Shown here in pieces: positions 62,108-64,000 of a DNA stretch of 64,000 bases. The translations under genes were made by a program, and so were the position numbers. The first letter of the stretch is position 1. Every line of letters starts with the position of its first letter. The notes under the pieces were generated by a model that saw only the letters and a program-made list of their open reading frames with translations, searched no databases and was not told where the DNA came from. This DNA is from an uncultured Spirochaetota bacterium (lineage in GTDB: Bacteria; Spirochaetota; Brevinematia; Brevinematales; JAOACQ01), in the NCBI GenBank assembly GCA_963768055.1, contig CAVYGN010000002.1, positions 288,001-352,000 of the forward strand. Direction: 5' to 3'.

Positions 62108-64000
62108 CTATTCCTTAATCTCTTCAGTGAAACATTCGATAATATCGCCCTTTTTGAAATTTTCATAATTGACAAAGGAGGCTCCGAATTCGAAACCTTC
62201 CTGGACTTCCGAAACTTCGTCCTTGAATCTTCTCAGGTCCTTTATCCTGCCCTCCCAGAATTGCGCCCCTTCGCGGAAAAGGCGGACCTTTTCGCTTTTC
62301 CTGATGAAGCCCTCTTTCACAATGCTGCCCGCGATCTTTCCGACGTCCTTGATCTTGAAAATTTCCCTGATCTCGGCGGTCCCGATGATCTTTTGAATTA
62401 TCTCCGCCTTGTGCATGCCCTTCATGACGCCTTCAATGTAATCGAGCAATTCGTATATGATCGCAAATCTCTTTATATTTATTCCTTCGGATTCGGCCTT
62501 GTCCTTGGCTATGGAATCTACACGCACACGGAAAGCGAGGATGATAACCCCGGTTTCGGCCGTATTTGCTGTTGCCGTCGCCAGCATAACGTCGCTTTCA
62601 AGGACCGTTCCGACGCCCGAATGGATGATAGTGACTTTAACATCCGGGTTTTCCATTTTATTGAGCATGTTGTTTATTGCTTCCACCGAACCCTGCACAT
62701 CGCCCTTTACTATGACTTTCAGTTCCTTTATTTCCTTCGCGGTTATCGCTTCCATCGTGTCCTGGACCTGGACCCTCTTGATGCTTGCAGTCTCTTCTAT
62801 TCTCTTCAAGTCGAGCCTTTTTGAAGACATGGATTTAGCGACTTCCTCGCTTTCGACGACATAAAATTTATCGCCGGCCGTAGGGACTTCGTCAAATCCC
62901 ATTATTTCGACGGGGTATGACGGCAGGGCGATATCCATTTTTTTGCCCATTTCATCGAACATGCCCCTCACTTTGCCCATGGTAGTCCCGACCACGAAAT
63001 TATCCCCTATCCTCACGCTGCCGTTTTTAACGATGACGGTCGCTACGGCCCCGCGTCCGATATCCATTTTCGATTCTATTATGAATCCGGCCCCTCTTTT
63101 ATCGGGATTGGCCTTGAGTTCCATCATTTCAGCCTGCAGCAGCAGCGCGTCAAGAAGGTCCTGAATCCCTATCTTTTTTAAAGCCGAAACGTTGACATAA
63201 ATGGTTTCGCCGCCCCATTCCTCCCAGAGCAGGCCATGGTCGGATAACTGCTGCTTAACCCTGTCTACGCTTGCTTCAGGAAGGTCGATCTTGTTTACGG
63301 CGACCATGACCGGAACGCCTGCGGCCTTTGCATGGTTAAGAGCTTCGATTGTCTGGGGCATAACCCCGTCAACGGCCGATACGACAAGAATGACTATATC
63401 CGTAACGTTGGCGCCCCTGGCGCGCATCGCGGTAAAGGCTTCATGGCCCGGTGTATCGATGAAGGTTATATCGCCCTTCGGCGTTTTTACGCGGTATGCG
63501 CCAATGTGCTGTGTAATACCGCCTGTTTCATGCTCGGCGATGGTGGAATTCCTGATAGCGTCGAGAAGTTTTGTTTTGCCATGATCTACATGGCCCATTA
63601 TCGTGACCACGGGAGACCTCGGCTTGAGGTCCTTGGCCTTGTCCTCTTCTTCCTTTATCTCGACTTCCTCTTTCAGGCTTTTCACGACGACCTTGCAGTT
63701 GAATTCCGAGGCGACGATCGACGCCGTATCGGAGTCTATATTATCGTTTATCGTGGCCTGCACGCCCAGGTCGAGGAGCCTTTGTATTATTTCACTGGCC
63801 TTCAGGTTCATTTTCTTGGCCAGGTCCGAAATCTTGACCGCCTCTCCTATCTCTATCGAATCCGGGATCGCGGCCTCGCCCTTTCTGGACCTCTTCCTGA
63901 TGGAATCTTCCATTTTTGAAAGGATCACCGCCTCTTCCCTGTTCTTCGTCTTTTCTTTAATTTCAGCCGCGCTCTTAGGCCTTCCGAAAAATGCGTTTCT
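62108..64000 (-). CDS. infB: Translation initiation factor IF-2, 5' truncated by window edge
   Basis: [25 protein letters not shown]; frame open to 64000. Confidence 0.97.
   Translation of the reverse strand, partial: RNAFFGRPKSAAEIKEKTKNREEAVILSKMEDSIRKRSRKGEAAIPDSIEIGEAVKISDLAKKMNLKASEIIQRLLDLGVQATINDNIDSDTASIVASEFNCKVVVKSLKEEVEIKEEEDKAKDLKPRSPVVTIMGHVDHGKTKLLDAIRNSTIAEHETGGITQHIGAYRVKTPKGDITFIDTPGHEAFTAMRARGANVTDIVILVVSAVDGVMPQTIEALNHAKAAGVPVMVAVNKIDLPEASVDRVKQQLSDHGLLWEEWGGETIYVNVSALKKIGIQDLLDALLLQAEMMELKANPDKRGAGFIIESKMDIGRGAVATVIVKNGSVRIGDNFVVGTTMGKVRGMFDEMGKKMDIALPSYPVEIMGFDEVPTAGDKFYVVESEEVAKSMSSKRLDLKRIEETASIKRVQVQDTMEAITAKEIKELKVIVKGDVQGSVEAINNMLNKMENPDVKVTIIHSGVGTVLESDVMLATATANTAETGVIILAFRVRVDSIAKDKAESEGINIKRFAIIYELLDYIEGVMKGMHKAEIIQKIIGTAEIREIFKIKDVGKIAGSIVKEGFIRKSEKVRLFREGAQFWEGRIKDLRRFKDEVSEVQEGFEFGASFVNYENFKKGDIIECFTEEIKE

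Overview
Bacterial chromosomal segment, probably a spirochaete (FlbB-like flagellar collar gene beside fliJ). Housekeeping blocks: pyrC, glgC/D-like, mtnA, gcvT-H-PA-PB, flgF-like, nnr, gmhA, fliJ-SLT-flbB, acpP, asd, rluD, nrnA-rbfA-infB. An AT-rich accessory island spans about 41.4-55.5 kb. It holds a reconstructable ~900-aa restriction-modification-like gene broken by two insertions: an IS3 copy and a 5035-bp IS1595-family transposon (25-bp TIRs, 8-bp TSD). The transposon cargo is mostly five convergent pairs of small genes (four DUF2158/YodC-like paralogs, a DnaJ-type Zn finger) fed by repeated promoter/RBS modules. A second IS3 copy disrupts an HTH/COG2958-like gene, and AbiE, IS21 and IS481 remnants sit at the island's left edge. 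Outside the island: two GxxExxY genes each bracketed by its own inverted repeats plus solo copies of those repeats, a three-copy MITE-like family carrying nested hairpin inserts, and a ~290-nt imperfect inverted repeat upstream of fliJ. Several single-base frameshifts may be sequencing errors. Family names come from motif recognition, not database searches.
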